A DNA stretch of 64,000 nt from contig NC_086097.1 in NCBI RefSeq assembly GCF_963921235.1, forward strand, positions 202,370,001-202,434,000, in the 5' to 3' direction. This document shows, in pieces, positions 50,201-60,708 of the stretch; positions within the stretch are counted from its first letter, which is position 1; every line of letters begins with the position of its first letter. Both the position numbers and the translations under genes were made by a program. The DNA is from Mobula hypostoma (taxonomy: Eukaryota). The notes under the pieces are model-generated. The model was not told the DNA's origin. It worked only from the letters and a program-made list of their open reading frames with translations, and did no database searches.

Positions 50201-53200
50201 AGTGATCCAGTTGTAGAACAAGCTGCCCACATCCTGGATACTGGGAGGAAATGGACTCCACCAGAAGCAACCGAGCAAGCAAAGGTGTCACTCAAGCACA
50301 GGGACATTGTGGGCCGAGTGCAGCAAGGGAGGAGCGGTCTTGGCCTTGGGGACGGTACACCAGCCTGGAACAAGGCTGCTCCATCTCAGAGACGCAGGCT
50401 CGTGATGCAGGAGATACGTTGGCAGGAGGAGGCGGCAAGGTGCGCAAAGGCCGTCGCTCAGGCAAGGCAAGGGCAATGGATGAGATGGGAGGGAGTGGAG
50501 AAAAGAAAGGTCTCCTGGAAAGAGCTGTGGGAGATGGGGACATTCAGAGCGAGCTTCACCATCAGGGCTGCCTACGATGTCTTACCGTCTCCCATGAATC
50601 TCAGCCAGTGGTATGGAGAGGACCCCACATGCTCCCTCTGCCCGACTTCAGCAACACTAAAACACATTCTGGTGGGCTGCAAGACCAGCCTTACTCAAGG
50701 CCGATACACCTGGCAGCACAACCAGGTGCTACGGTGTCTTGCAGCAGTGCTGGAAAGTCGGCGGATGAGCGTCAACGCTCTCCCTCTCCCTTCGTCCCGC
50801 TGGCCTTTAACAACATATGTCCGGGAAGGTGAGGGTCAAGCCAGACTCGATACATCGAGACGAGACACCGGGCGGCTAGGCGGGTCACGTGATTGGAAGA
50901 TGGTGGCAGACTTAGGCCAGAGGCTCTGCTTCCCAACTGAGATCGTGGAAACCAATCTCAGACCAGACCTTGTGCTATGGTCAGCCTCAGTCCATCTCGT
51001 TTACATCTTCGAGCTTACAGTGCCCTGGGAGGCTGCAATGGAGGAGGCCCATGAGCGCAAGAGGCTGAGGTATGCTGAGCGTGCAGCCGATGCGCAACAA
51101 CCTGGCTGGAAAACAAGGGTCCGACTGGTCGAAGTAAGCTGCAGAGGATTTGTAGCCACATCAACATCAAGGCTACTCGAGTCGGGAGTTGGGAGTGCGA
51201 GGGAAGACACACTGACAAGCAGTCAAAGACCTCTCCCGAGCTGCTGAAAAGGGTAGTCAGTGGCTCTGGATGAAGAGAAAGGATTCCATCTGGGCCCCCA
51301 AGTGAGTGAAAGGCATTCTGGTGGGTGAGCCCGCGACGCCGGGATTCACTGCTAAACCCTCGGAGCTGTCATGGGCCTATCAGCAAAACACTGAGGAAAG
51401 AGGGCACCCACTTGATACCCCAGAAGATGCCACCACTCATTTGGCCACCCCACAGAGTCTAGGCAGCATGTCTCAGGAGTGCAAATGAGGGATATTAACA
51501 TCTAGTCCGACATAACATACTAGCGGGCAGGTTTACAAGAGCTGTTGGGACTGGTTTAAACTAGTATGGCAGGGGAATGGGTACCAGTATGATAGAGCTG
51601 AGGATGAGCCAGCAGGCTTAATATCAAAGGATATCAAAAGGACAGGAAGGAAGACATAAGTAGTGTTGTAGCTCTACTGGTAAGAGGTGGAATTACATCT
51701 TTAGAAAGAGGTGTTGTCGGGTTGAACCTATGTGGGTGGTGCTAAGAAATTGCAAGCATAAAAAAAAAACATCATGGGAATTGTATTGACCTCCAAATAG
51801 TAGCCAAGATGTGGGGTTGAGATTGCAAAGGGAAATGGAGAAGGCATGTAATAAAGGTAATGACACAATTGTAATGGGGGTCTTTGAAATGCAAGGGGAT
51901 TGGGGAAATCAGGTTGGTGTCAGATTGCAAGAGAGAGAATTTGTTGAATGCCTACGAGGTGACTTTTTAGAGCAGTTTGTGCTTGGGCTTACGAGGGGAA
52001 AGGCTATCTTCGATTGGGTGTTGTGTAATAACCCAGATCTTATTAGGGAGCTTAATATAAAGGAACCCTTAGCAGGCAGTGATCATAATATGATTGAATT
52101 CATACTGCAATTTGAGAGGGAGTCAGATGTATCAGTATGCAGTAGAATAAAGGGGATTACAGAGGCACGAGAGAGGAGTTTGGCCGGGTGGATTGGAGAA
52201 GGGTCCTGGCAGGGATGACAGCAGAGCAGAGTTGGCTAAAGTTTCTGGGAATAGTTCACAAAGCACAGGATAGATATGTCCCACAGAGGAAAAAGTTCTC
52301 AAATAGCAGGGCTCAGCAACCGTTGCTGACAAGGGAGGTTAAGGACTGCATCAAAGCCAAGGAGAGGGCATATAAGGTAGCAAAAGCGAGTGGGAAGTTG
52401 GATAATTGGGAAGCTTTAAATCCAACAAAAGGCAACTAAAAAAGCTATAAGAAGGGAAAAGGTGAAATATGAGGGCAAATGAGTCAATAATATAAAGCAG
52501 GATACTTAAAGTTTTTTTTAGTTGTATAGAGAGTAAAAGGGAGGTGAGAGTTGATATTGGACCACTGGAAAATGATGCTGGTGAGGACAAAGAAATGGCG
52601 GATGAACTTAATGGGTACTTTGCATCTGTCTATATTGTAGAGGACACTAGCAGTGTGCCAGGGGTCTGTGAGTGTCAGAGAGCAAGAGTGAGTGCCATTA
52701 CTTTTCAGAGGAAAAAGTACTAGGCAAACTGAGAGGTCTTAAGGTGGATAGGTCACCTGAACCAGATAGATGACATCCCAGAGTCCTGAGAGAAGTTGCT
52801 GAAGAGATAATGGATGCATTGGTCATGATCTTTCAAGAATCACTTGATTCTGGCATGGTCTCGGAGAACTGGAAGATTGCAAATGTCACTCTACTCTGAA
52901 GAAGGCAAAAGAAAGGAAAATATAGGCCAGTTAGCCTCAGTGGTTAGGAAAGTGTTGGGAGTCTATTATTAAGGATGAAGTTTTGTGGTACTTGGAGACT
53001 GTTGATAAAATAAGTCAAAGTCAGCATGGTTTCTGTAAAGGCAAATCTTGCCTGCCAAATAGAACATAGAAATTTACAGCACATTACAGACCCTTTGGCC
53101 CACAATGTTGTGCCGACCATGTAACCTACTCTAGAGACTGCCTAGAATTTCCCTAGTGCATAACCCTCTATTTTTCTAAGCTCCACGTACCTATCTAAAA

Positions 53201-56200
53201 GGCTATTAAAAGACCCTATTATATCCGCTTCCACCACTCCCACCGGCAGTGCATTCCATGCACCCACCACTCTGTGTGGGAAAAACTTACCCCTGATATT
53301 CCTTTGATACCTATTTCCAAGCACCTTAAAACTATGCCCCCTCATGTTAGCCATTTTTCCCTGGGAAAAAGCCTCTGGCTATCCACACGATCAATGCCCC
53401 TTATCATCTTGTACTCCTCTATCAAGTCATCTTTCATCCACCGTCGCTCCAAGGAGAAAAGGCCAAGTACACTCAACCTATTCTCATAAGGTACGCCCTC
53501 CAATCCAGGCAACATCCTTGTAAATCTCCTCAGCACATTCTCTATAGTATCCACATCCTTCCTCTAGTGAGGTGACCAGAACTGAACACAGTACTCCAAG
53601 TGGGGTCTGACCAAGGTGTTGTATCGCTGTAACATTACTTCATGGCTTTTGAATTCAATCCCACGGTTGAAGTCCAACACACCATACGCCTTCTTAACAA
53701 CACTGTCAACCTGCGCAGCAGCTTAGAGTGTCCTATCGACACAGACAACAAGATCTCTCAGGTCCTCCACACTGTCAAGAGCCTTACCATTTCATCGGAC
53801 AAAGTCAGCATTCATCGCACAAAGTCAGCATGGATTTGTGAAAGGAAAATCATGTCTGACGAATCTCATAGAATTTTTTGAGGATGTAACTAGTAGAGTG
53901 GATAGGGGAGAACCAGTGGATGTGGTATATTTGGATTTTCAAAAGGCTTTTGACAAGGTCCCACACAGGAGATTAGTGTGCAAACTTAAAGCACACGGTG
54001 TTGGGGGTAAGGTATTGATGTGGATAGAGAATTGGTTGGCAGACAGGAAGCAAAGAGTGGCAATAAACAGGACCTTTTCAGAATGGCAGGCAATGACTTG
54101 TGGGGTACCACAGGGCTCAGTGCTGGGACCCCAGTTGTTTATAATATATATTAATGACTTAGATGAGGGAATTAAATGCAGCATCGCCAAGTTTGCAGAT
54201 GACACGAAGCTGGGCGGCAGTGTTGGCTGTGAGGAGGATGCCAAGAGGATGCAGGGTGACTTGGATAGGTTAGATGAGTGGGCAAACTCATGGCAGATGC
54301 AATTTAATGTGGATAAATGTGAAGTTATCCACTTTGGTGGCAAAAATAGGAAAACAGATTATTATCTGAATGGTGGCCGATTAGGAAAAGGGGAGGTGCA
54401 ACGAGACCTGGGTGTCATTATACACCAGTCATTGAAAGTCGGCATGCAGGTACAGCAGGCGGTGAAAAAGGCGAATGGTATGCTGGTATTCATAGCAAGA
54501 GGATTCGAGTACAGGAGCAGGGAGGTACTACTGCAGTTGTACAAGGCCTTGGTGAGACCACACCTGGAGTATTGTGTGCAGTTTTGGTCCCCTAATCTGA
54601 GGAAAGACATCCTTGCCATAGAGGGAGTACAAAGAAGGTTCACCAGATTGATTCCTGGGATGACAGGACTTTCATATGATGAAAGACTGGATCGACTAGG
54701 CTTATACTCGTTGGAATTTAGAAGATTGAGGGGGGATCTTATTGAAACATATAAAATCCTAAAGGGATTGGACAGGCTAGATGCAGGAAGATTGTTCCCG
54801 ATGTTGGGGAAGTCCAGAATGAGGGGTCACAGTTTGAGGATAAAGGGGAAGCCTTTGAGGACCAAGATTAGGAAAAAACTTCTTCACACAGAGAGTGGTG
54901 AATCTGTGGAATTCTCTGCCACAGGAAACAGTTGAGGCCAGTTCATTGGCTTTATTTAAAAGGGAGTTAGATATGGCCCTTGTGGCTAAAGGGACCAGGG
55001 GGTATGGGGGGAAGGCTGGTACAGGGTTCTGAGTTGGATGATCGCCATGATCATACTTGAATGGCAGTGCAGGCTCGAAGGGCCGAATGGCCTACTCCTG
55101 TACCTATTTTCTATGTTTCTATATTATATTCTGTCTTCAAATTGGACCTACCAAAATGAACCACTTCACACTTATCTGGGTTGAAGTCCATCTGCCACTT
55201 CTCAGCCCAGTTGTGCATCCTATCGATGTACCTGTTGTAACTCTGACAACCCTTCAGACTATCCACAACACCCCCAACCTTTGTGTCATCAGCAAACTTA
55301 CCAGCCCACCCTTCTCCTTCCTCATCCAGGTCATTTATAAAAATCACAAAGAGGAGGGGTCCCAGAACAGATCCCTGTGGAACACCACTGGTCACCGACC
55401 TCCATGCGGAGTAGGAACCATCTACAACCACCCTTTGCCTTCTGTGGGCAAGCCAATTCTGGATCCACAAAGCAAGGTCTCCTTGGATGCCATGCCTCCT
55501 TACTTTCCAAAGGATTCTTGAATGGGGAACCTTATCAAATGCCTTACTGAAATCCATATACACTACATCCACTGCTCTGCCTTCATCAATGTGTTTTGTT
55601 ACATCCTCAAAGAATTCAATCAGGCTCGTAAGGCATGACCTTCCCTTGACAAAGCCATGCTGACTATCCCTAATCAGATTATGTCTCTCCAAATGTTCAT
55701 ATATACTGCCTCTCAGGTATAATTTCCTGGGCTATCTCTGCTCCCTTTCTTGAACAAGTGAAGAACATTTGCAACCCTCCATTCCTCTGGTACTTCTCCC
55801 GTTCCTATTGATGATGCAAAGATCATTGCAAGAGGCTCAGCAATCTCCTCCCTCACTTCCCACAGTAGCCTGGGGAATATCTCATTCAGTCCTGGTGATT
55901 TATCTAGCTTAATGTTTTCTAAAGCTCCAGCACATCCTCTTTCTTAATGTCTATATACTCAAGCACTTCAGTCCACTGTAAGTCATCCCCAAAATTGCCA
56001 AGGTCTTTTTCCCTGGTGAATACTGAAACAAAGTATTGATAAGTACCAAATCTTCAAGTTCTTCGAGGAAGTAACAAGCAGGCTGGACAAAGAAGAATCT
56101 GTGGATGTAATTTACTTGGATTTTCAAAAGGCTTTTGATGAGGTGCCACACATGAGGCAGCTTAACAAGATAAAATCCTGTGGCATTACAAGGAAGATAC

Positions 56201-59200
56201 TGGCATGGATAAAGGAATAGATGATAGGCAGAAGGCAGCGACTGGGAATAAAAGGGGCCTTGGTGTTCCTCAGGGATCAGTATTGGGACCGCTATTTTTC
56301 ACATTATTTATCTATGATTTTGATAATTGAATTGATGTATTTGTGGCAAAGTTTGTGGATGATACAAAGGTAGGTGGAGGGGTAGGTAGTGCTGAGGAAG
56401 CAATGCAATTTGCAGCAGGACTTGGACGTATTGGAAAAGTGGGCAAAAACGTGGCAGATGGAATACAGTGTCGGGAAATATATGATAATGCATTTTGGCA
56501 AAAGGAACAAAAGTGCAGGCTATTATCTAAATGGGGAGAAGGTTCAAATATTGGAGGTGCAGAGGGACTTATGAGTCCTCGTGCAAGACTCCCCAAAAGT
56601 TAATTTACAGGTTGAGTCTGTGGTAAAGAAGGCAAGTGCAATGTTGGCATTTATTTCAAGGGGAATAGGATATAAAAACAAAGAGATCATTCTGAGCCTT
56701 AATAATACCCTAGTCAGGCTGCACTTGGAGAACTGTCAATAGTTTTGTGCCCCCATATCTCAAAGGATATTTTGTCATTGGAGAGAGTCCAGAGGAAGTT
56801 CATGAGGATGATTCCAGGAATGAAAGGGTTAACATATGACGAGTATTTGGCAGCTTTGGGCCTGTACTCACTGGAATTTAGAAGAATGCAGGGGGATCTC
56901 ATTGAAACCTACTGAATGTTGAAAGGACTAGATAGGGTGGATGTGGAGAGGATGTTTCCTATAGTGGGTTTTATCCAGAACAACAGGGCACAGCCTGAAA
57001 ATTGAGGGGTGACCTTTTAGAACAGAGGTAAGAAAGAATTTTTTTAGCCATGCGTAGTGAATCTATGGAATGCTCTGCCATGGACTGCGATGGAGGCTAA
57101 GTCCATGGGTATATGCAAGTCAGAATTTGATAGTTACCTGATCGGTCAGGGCATCAAATGATATGACGAGACAGCAGGTGTATGGGATTGAGTGGGATCC
57201 GAGATCAGCCATGATGAAATTCAACTCTACATCTCATTAAATGTTTATGATACTTCAGGTTCAGTTTGTGCACATTCCAATCTTCATTTTAATAAGAATT
57301 CTGATTTCATATTCTGTCAATGAGAATTGACAGAATACAAAAAGCGGAGCAGTCTCGATGGACTGAATGGCCGAATTCTGCTGCTATGTCTTATAGTCTT
57401 ATGATCTAATGCAAAAATCCTGAAGTCATTGTTGGTGATTCTTCCACACACAGCACTGTCTGCAGCTGTCTTCAAGGAAAATCACTTAAAATTACAAATT
57501 TCATTTGGCAACATTCTCCTCTGACCTCTCGTTAAATGTTTATAATACTTCAGGTTGAGCTTGTGTGCATTCCAATCTTCATCTTATAAAAATTCTGGTT
57601 TTAAATATTCTGTCAATGAGAATTCTCTAATTTAATAGGCTAAGCACCCAGCCTGTTGATGTTATAGCAGGTAGATACAAGCGATAATTTGACCAGAGGT
57701 TGACATCAACTGATATTGGAACAGGGAAGATCTTACTAGTTCACACAGGAAACTAGGCTTTCCAACCACTTTCACTCATTCAAGACCAGGAGCATGAGCT
57801 ACAGGAAAACGAGGCCAATTGCAATGCTATAGATAAACTCTGAAAAGAATTTTATATTCTTGATAGGTGCTTCAAAAACACTTTGCACCTCTGAAAAAAA
57901 ATGAAAATCCAACTTAAAACCTGTTGCTGGAAACCTAAAATAAAAAGCCAAAAATGTTGGAAATACTAAGTGGGTCAGCCAGATCTGTAAGAAGAGCAAC
58001 AGTCAATGTTTCAATAACTTCCCTCCACCCCCACCATCCTTGCAGCTTAACAACTTCTTTACTCTTCTGTCAAAAGATCTTGCAAGTTCTTTAATACAGT
58101 AAGACATCGTTGCAGAGCGGTGGTCAAGCAGGACAGTAGGATTGTTATTAGTGACTCATCCCTACTCTTCGAAACGGTGCTTTTCTCAGCGAGGATTTGT
58201 ACAGAAGAGAAAGAACCCTGGCAAAGAGTTCTTCTTTCCACCCCATCCAGAGGAATGATGTGGCCCTCTGGTGTACTTTAACTCCTCATGCTACTTCAGC
58301 CTTCATAGATGTACCACAACATTCACTCGTTCGACCTCCAAGCTAATATTATCCAGAATAGGAAGTTTCAGAGAGATATAAGGGGGTACACAACACTTTT
58401 ATAAAACTAGCCCTCAATGTTATGTTGCTTAAGGTGCTGTGTAGCCAGCTACTTCAGTGATAACTTGTCAACTAAAATCTGCCATCAAGAACAGGTGAGA
58501 TAGCCGCATTTATAGGCCAGATAGCCCTGTGGTTCAGAATCTTGGCGTGGGACAACAATATTGACTTTTTCTGGATATATTGAGTTGTGCATCCTTGTTG
58601 CTTGCCATAAATATTTGGAATAGAAACCTCAGCGTGAAATTCCTGAATAAAGCTAACTCTGCCTAATGGATGAGACTTGCACTGTTGAGCTTAAAAACTA
58701 AAGAAATGCTTTGCATCCCACTAAGCCACACTGCAAGGATTAACTAACTGCATTAAGTATTTCTCAATGTCTTTGACATTTAACAACATTCAAGACTATA
58801 AAATAAACTATTAAAATTATTTTTAAATATATGAACCAAAATAAGTGTAAGTGGAATTGTATAGCAGAGCCACCATTTAGGGCATTTTCAAATAGATCTT
58901 AAAAATCATTAGCTAGTCCAAGTTTGCAGTTATGTTTTTTTTTATGAAGAACCAGAGTTCCTACAATGCCCTTTAACTGAGAAAAAGCTATTTTACATAA
59001 TATTCAGATTTCCACAAGGTTTCATTTAACATGATACGCTAATATTCCTGTAGGTATTTGAGTGTAAAGAATCTTTCTGGAAGTGGCAGGATTATCTTGT
59101 TCATGAAAACTTTGCTAATTTATTCCTGTCTCTGAGGATCAATTTGTAACTTTATTAAGGGCTCTTGTGAGTTGTCAAGGTTTGCTGGGATTAGTGACAG

Positions 59201-59492
59201 GATAATTTAAAAACTTCTGAACTTGAGAATATATTTCATTATCCAATGAGCATGTAAAATAAAGATTGACGGAATGCAAGAATAATGATACAAAGTAAAA
59301 TTAATGTTGTATATTTCTTCTACAGTCTTCCACCCTGTAGAGTGTTCCTACTGCCACAGTGAAAGTATGATGGGCTTTCGATACCGTTGCCAGCAGTGTC
59401 ACAATTACCAGCTTTGTCAAGACTGCTTTTGGAGAGGCCATGCAAGTGGTTCCCACAGCAATCAGCACCAAATGAAAGAATACACATCATGG
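11209..59492 (+). CDS. DTNA: Alpha-dystrobrevin, spliced CDS, 3'-partial: join(11209-11275,22950-23030,29186-29399,34003-34088,37459-37613,49108-49213,59326-59492), 876 nt = 292 codons
   Basis: The exons join in frame (67+81+214+86+155+106+167 nt) to give [66 protein letters not shown]...[50 protein letters not shown]. Residues [26 protein letters not shown] and KEYTSW match alpha- rather than beta-dystrobrevin as I recall the human sequences. Confidence 0.96.
11818..12485 (+). mobile_element. Non-autonomous GC-rich retroelement with a Rex1-like 3' end and (ATCTA)n tail
   Basis: GC/CpG-rich head starting gaagatggtggcgtgatgcggcg; the 3' end aatgacaataaaag...atctaatctaatcta resembles the Rex tails in this window; no protein motif. 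Confidence 0.6.
12519..13477 (-). mobile_element. Rex1/Babar-like LINE, 5'-truncated, (GACTT)n tail
   Basis: ORF 12857..13417 ([11 protein letters not shown]...[12 protein letters not shown]...[10 protein letters not shown]); same family as 39240-41145. Confidence 0.9.
14051..14740 (+). mobile_element. Ty3/Gypsy (sushi-like) remnant: LTR-like start and gag fragment
   Basis: TGTCA start and tatttaaa box; [39 protein letters not shown] resembles retrotransposon gag. Confidence 0.6.
15850..16983 (+). mobile_element. L1-clade LINE with 5' inversion (inverted 15850-about 16483; forward about 16484-16983), 15-bp TSD
   Basis: Minus strand: [10 protein letters not shown]...[18 protein letters not shown]...ILQHWK. 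The plus strand continues [24 protein letters not shown]...[18 protein letters not shown] at 16959 and an A-rich tail. TSD aggaatgacattggt at 15835-15849 and 16984-16998. Confidence 0.92.
17990..18495 (+). mobile_element. Old CR1 3' fragment
   Basis: Decayed cacaactggagtactg (HLEYC-like) running through a CR1-type 3' UTR ending ctgttgctcctatttgtcatgt. Confidence 0.55.
18715..22375 (+). mobile_element. CR1 LINE (APE endonuclease, RT and 3' UTR), decayed and interrupted at 21042-22036
   Basis: [15 protein letters not shown] and NDH endonuclease motifs; [17 protein letters not shown] and [13 protein letters not shown]. Confidence 0.9.
21042..22036 (-). mobile_element. CR1 LINE nested antisense in the preceding CR1; TSD cagagta
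   Basis: ORF 21248..21928; cagagta at 21035-21041 and 22037-22043; the host frame ([11 protein letters not shown]) rejoins across the insert. Confidence 0.9.
22505..22772 (-). mobile_element. tRNA-derived V-SINE (HE1-like)
   Basis: Reverse complement GGTAGCATTGTAGTTAGC...GAGTTCAATTGCC (A and B boxes), central tgctcc..tttcctcccacagtccaa domain, CR1-like tail. Confidence 0.75.
22950..23030 (+). CDS. DTNA: DTNA coding exon 2 ([27 protein letters not shown])
   Basis: ttcag|gggcccag...aatg|gtaagt; 81 nt; absent from the ORF track and read directly from the sequence. Confidence 0.96.
23070..23332 (-). mobile_element. CR1 3'-end fragment about 40 bp downstream of the exon 2 donor
   Basis: Near-identical to 8850-9130 and similar to the 3' end at 53061. 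Confidence 0.75.
25394..26366 (+). mobile_element. Penelope-like element as a long inverted repeat (antisense arm 25394-25856, sense arm 25917-26366), 14-bp TSD
   Basis: The arms are reverse complements apart from an internal deletion; [25 protein letters not shown] tttccttt(a/g)ttgta at 25380-25393 and 26367-26380. Confidence 0.88.
26235..26270 (+). ncRNA. Intact minimal type I hammerhead ribozyme (Penelope type); predicted cleavage after C26266
   Basis: agtc-CTGACGA-agg gtctcgg cct-GAAAC-GTC-gact: stem I agtc/gact, 3-bp stem II, palindromic ACGU in place of helix III, GUC triplet. Confidence 0.8.
28380..28790 (-). mobile_element. Rex1/Babar-like 3' fragment
   Basis: [34 protein letters not shown] (ORF 28602..28952). 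Confidence 0.65.
29186..29399 (+). CDS. DTNA: DTNA coding exon 3 ([16 protein letters not shown]...FLLAAYDG), EF-hand region
   Basis: tttag|tgcac...gatgg|gtaagt; 214 nt; ORF 29185..29403. Confidence 0.96.
29833..30685 (-). mobile_element. Rex1/Babar-like LINE inserted in an old antisense CR1 3' fragment (about 29560-30930)
   Basis: ORFs 30053..30511 and 30460..30669; CR1-like sequence flanks both sides (caccttaaatgtat | gcccctctaat). Confidence 0.8.
31345..31905 (+). mobile_element. CR1 3' fragment
   Basis: [26 protein letters not shown] and a CR1 3' UTR. Confidence 0.85.
32298..32385 (+). mobile_element. Penelope-like 3' terminal fragment (same subfamily as 10001 and 25394), lacking the ribozyme
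   Basis: cctagagatgctgcctggcctgctgcgttcaccagcaac...ttgaatttccagcatctgcag. Confidence 0.8.
34003..34088 (+). CDS. DTNA: DTNA coding exon 4 ([28 protein letters not shown])
   Basis: ttttag|agaagg...agat|gtaagt; 86 nt. Confidence 0.96.
34240..34532 (-). mobile_element. V-SINE, decayed
   Basis: B box (reverse complement GGTTCGATTCT) and ggagaacatgcaaactccacacaga V-domain. Confidence 0.7.
37459..37613 (+). CDS. DTNA: DTNA coding exon 5 ([52 protein letters not shown])
   Basis: cttccag|atatt...cagcag|gtgaag; 155 nt; read directly from the sequence. Confidence 0.96.
38912..38991. mobile_element. 80-bp hAT-type MITE
   Basis: TIRs CAGGGGTTCCCAAC...GTTGGGAACCCCTA; 8-bp flanks atctaagg / ttctaaag (6 of 8 identical). 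Confidence 0.75.
39240..41145 (+). mobile_element. Rex1/Babar-like LINE, 5'-truncated, RT domain with frameshifts, (GACTT)n tail, TSD aaaaggt
   Basis: ORFs 39402..40316 ([33 protein letters not shown]) and 40159..40638; aaaaggt at 39233-39239 and 41146-41152. Confidence 0.93.
43368..45892 (-). mobile_element. Rex1/Babar-like 3' fragment split by the CR1 at 43682-45480
   Basis: Rex-type tail at 43368; ORF 45637..45822 ([16 protein letters not shown]...[10 protein letters not shown]); the host sequence rejoins as ctacatattctcctccctgatggcag. Confidence 0.7.
43682..45480 (+). mobile_element. Young CR1 LINE, 5'-truncated, (TTTCTATG)n tail
   Basis: ORFs 43703..44716 and 44743..45378 ([30 protein letters not shown]); few lesions. 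Confidence 0.95.
47555..48132 (-). mobile_element. Probable RTE-derived non-autonomous element
   Basis: Motifs tttccttctgcaagatgagcc..accatagctgatgagccc and tttggcaccagcagcgtcgcag resemble RTE 5' UTR sequence from memory; no ORF. Confidence 0.45.
49108..49213 (+). CDS. DTNA: DTNA coding exon 6 ([35 protein letters not shown])
   Basis: ttacag|aaaaag...aatg|gtaagt; 106 nt. Confidence 0.96.
49400..51522 (+). mobile_element. HERO-like non-LTR retrotransposon (R2 group, restriction-like endonuclease), 5'-truncated, 40-bp TSD
   Basis: [11 protein letters not shown]...RAYMGDLT (decayed YMDD); CCHC knuckle [25 protein letters not shown]...ELTVPWE...HERKRLRY endonuclease; C-terminus [14 protein letters not shown]. 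Confidence 0.88.
53061..56045 (-). mobile_element. CR1 LINE nested antisense in the host CR1 (TSD ccaaat), itself interrupted at 53791-55121
   Basis: ORFs 55111..55692, 53342..53554 and 53142..53354; ccaaat at 53055-53060 and 56046-56051. Confidence 0.88.
53791..55121 (+). mobile_element. Young CR1 LINE (same subfamily as 43682-45480), innermost insertion
   Basis: 365-aa RT ORF 53838..54935, nearly identical to the 44190-45378 region; tttctatgtttcta tail. Confidence 0.94.
59326..59492 (+). CDS. DTNA: DTNA coding exon 7, ZZ-type zinc finger ([13 protein letters not shown]...[13 protein letters not shown]...KEYTSW)
   Basis: ctacag|tcttc...tgg|gtaaga; 167 nt; CxxC...CxxC...CxxC...H pattern. 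Confidence 0.97.
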
Positions 59493-59659
59493 GTAAGATG
59501 TACATGAATTTAATGGGACGAGCTCAAAGGCGCTTCTGCATGTAAAACATGATATTATGACAGAGTTTTCAATTTATAAAATAAATAACTGCAGTCCTTA
59601 GAAAGTACAAGTTTTAGTAATTTCAACCAACTTGCAAGGGGTTTATTCACACTAAATAA

Positions 59660-60708
59660 ATCAGAATCGGGTTTATTATCACCAGCATGTGACGTGAAAT
59701 TTGTTAACTTAGCAGCAGCAGTTCAATGCAATGCATGATCTAGCAGAGAAAAATAAATAAATAAAACAAAAAATATAAATAAACAAGTAAATCAATTATG
59801 TATATTGAATAGATTTTTTAAAAATGTGCAAAAACAGAAATACTGTGTATTTTTTTCTTAAAAGAATGAAGTGGTGTCCAGAGATTCAATGTCCATTTAG
59901 GAATCCGATGGCAGAGGGGAAGGAGCTGTTCCTGAATCACTGAGTGTGTGCCTTCAGGCTTCTGTACCTCCTATCTGATGGTAACAGTGAGAAAAGGGCA
60001 TGCCCTGGGTGCTGGAGGTCCTTAATAATGGATGCTGCCTTTCTGAGACACCGCTCCCTAAAGATGTCCTGGGTACTTTGTAGGCTAGTACCCAAGATGG
60101 AGCTGACTGGATTTACAACCTTCTGCAGCTTCTTTCACCCTGTGTAGGAGCCCCTCCATACCAGACAGTGATGCAGTCTGTCAGAATGCTCTCCATGGTA
60201 CAACTATAGAAGTTTTTGAGTGTATTTGTTGACATGCCACATCACTTCAAACTCATTAGAAGTATAGATGCTGTTTTGCCTTCTTTATAACTAAATCGAT
60301 ATGTTGGGACCAGGTTAGATCCTCAGAGATCTTGACACCAAGGAACTTGAAACTGTTCACTCTCTCCACTTCTGATCCCTCTATGAGGATTGGTATGTGT
60401 TCCTTCATCTTACCCTACCTGAAGTTCACAGTCAGCTCTTTCGTCTTACTGATGTTGAGTACCAGGTTGTTGCTGTGGCACCACTCCACTAGTTGGCATA
60501 TCTCACTCCTGTACACCCTCTCGTCACCACCTGAGATTCTACCAACAATGGTTGTAACATCAGCAAATTTATATATGGGATTTGAGCTATGTCTGGCCAC
60601 ACAGTCGTGTGTAAATAGAGAGTAGAGCAGTGGTCTAAGCACACACCCCTGAGGTGCGCCAGTGTTGATAGTCAGCGAGGAGGAGATGTTATCACCAATC
60701 CGCACAGG
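59660..60708 (-). mobile_element. Rex1/Babar-like LINE fragment (same family as 1-1049)
   Basis: TGAPQGCVLRPLLYSLFTHDC...KFADVTTIVG; reverse-complement GATTCT tail at 59660. Confidence 0.85.

Larger units (their letters stand above)
49334..57405 (+). mobile_element. Host CR1 LINE (ORF1 end, APE, RT, 3' UTR), decayed, carrying nested insertions
   Basis: ORF1 end [33 protein letters not shown] | FFEE rejoins across 53061-56045; 3' UTR to about 57405. Confidence 0.8.

Noticed and set aside
53838..54935. 365-aa RT ORF as an active or domesticated gene
   Set aside because: It is a 5'-truncated CR1 copy lacking the endonuclease, with a 3' frameshift and a near-identical sibling at 43682-45480.
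11209..59492. Assignment to DTNB or to dystrophin/utrophin
   Set aside because: Diagnostic residues and the short N-terminus fit alpha-dystrobrevin.
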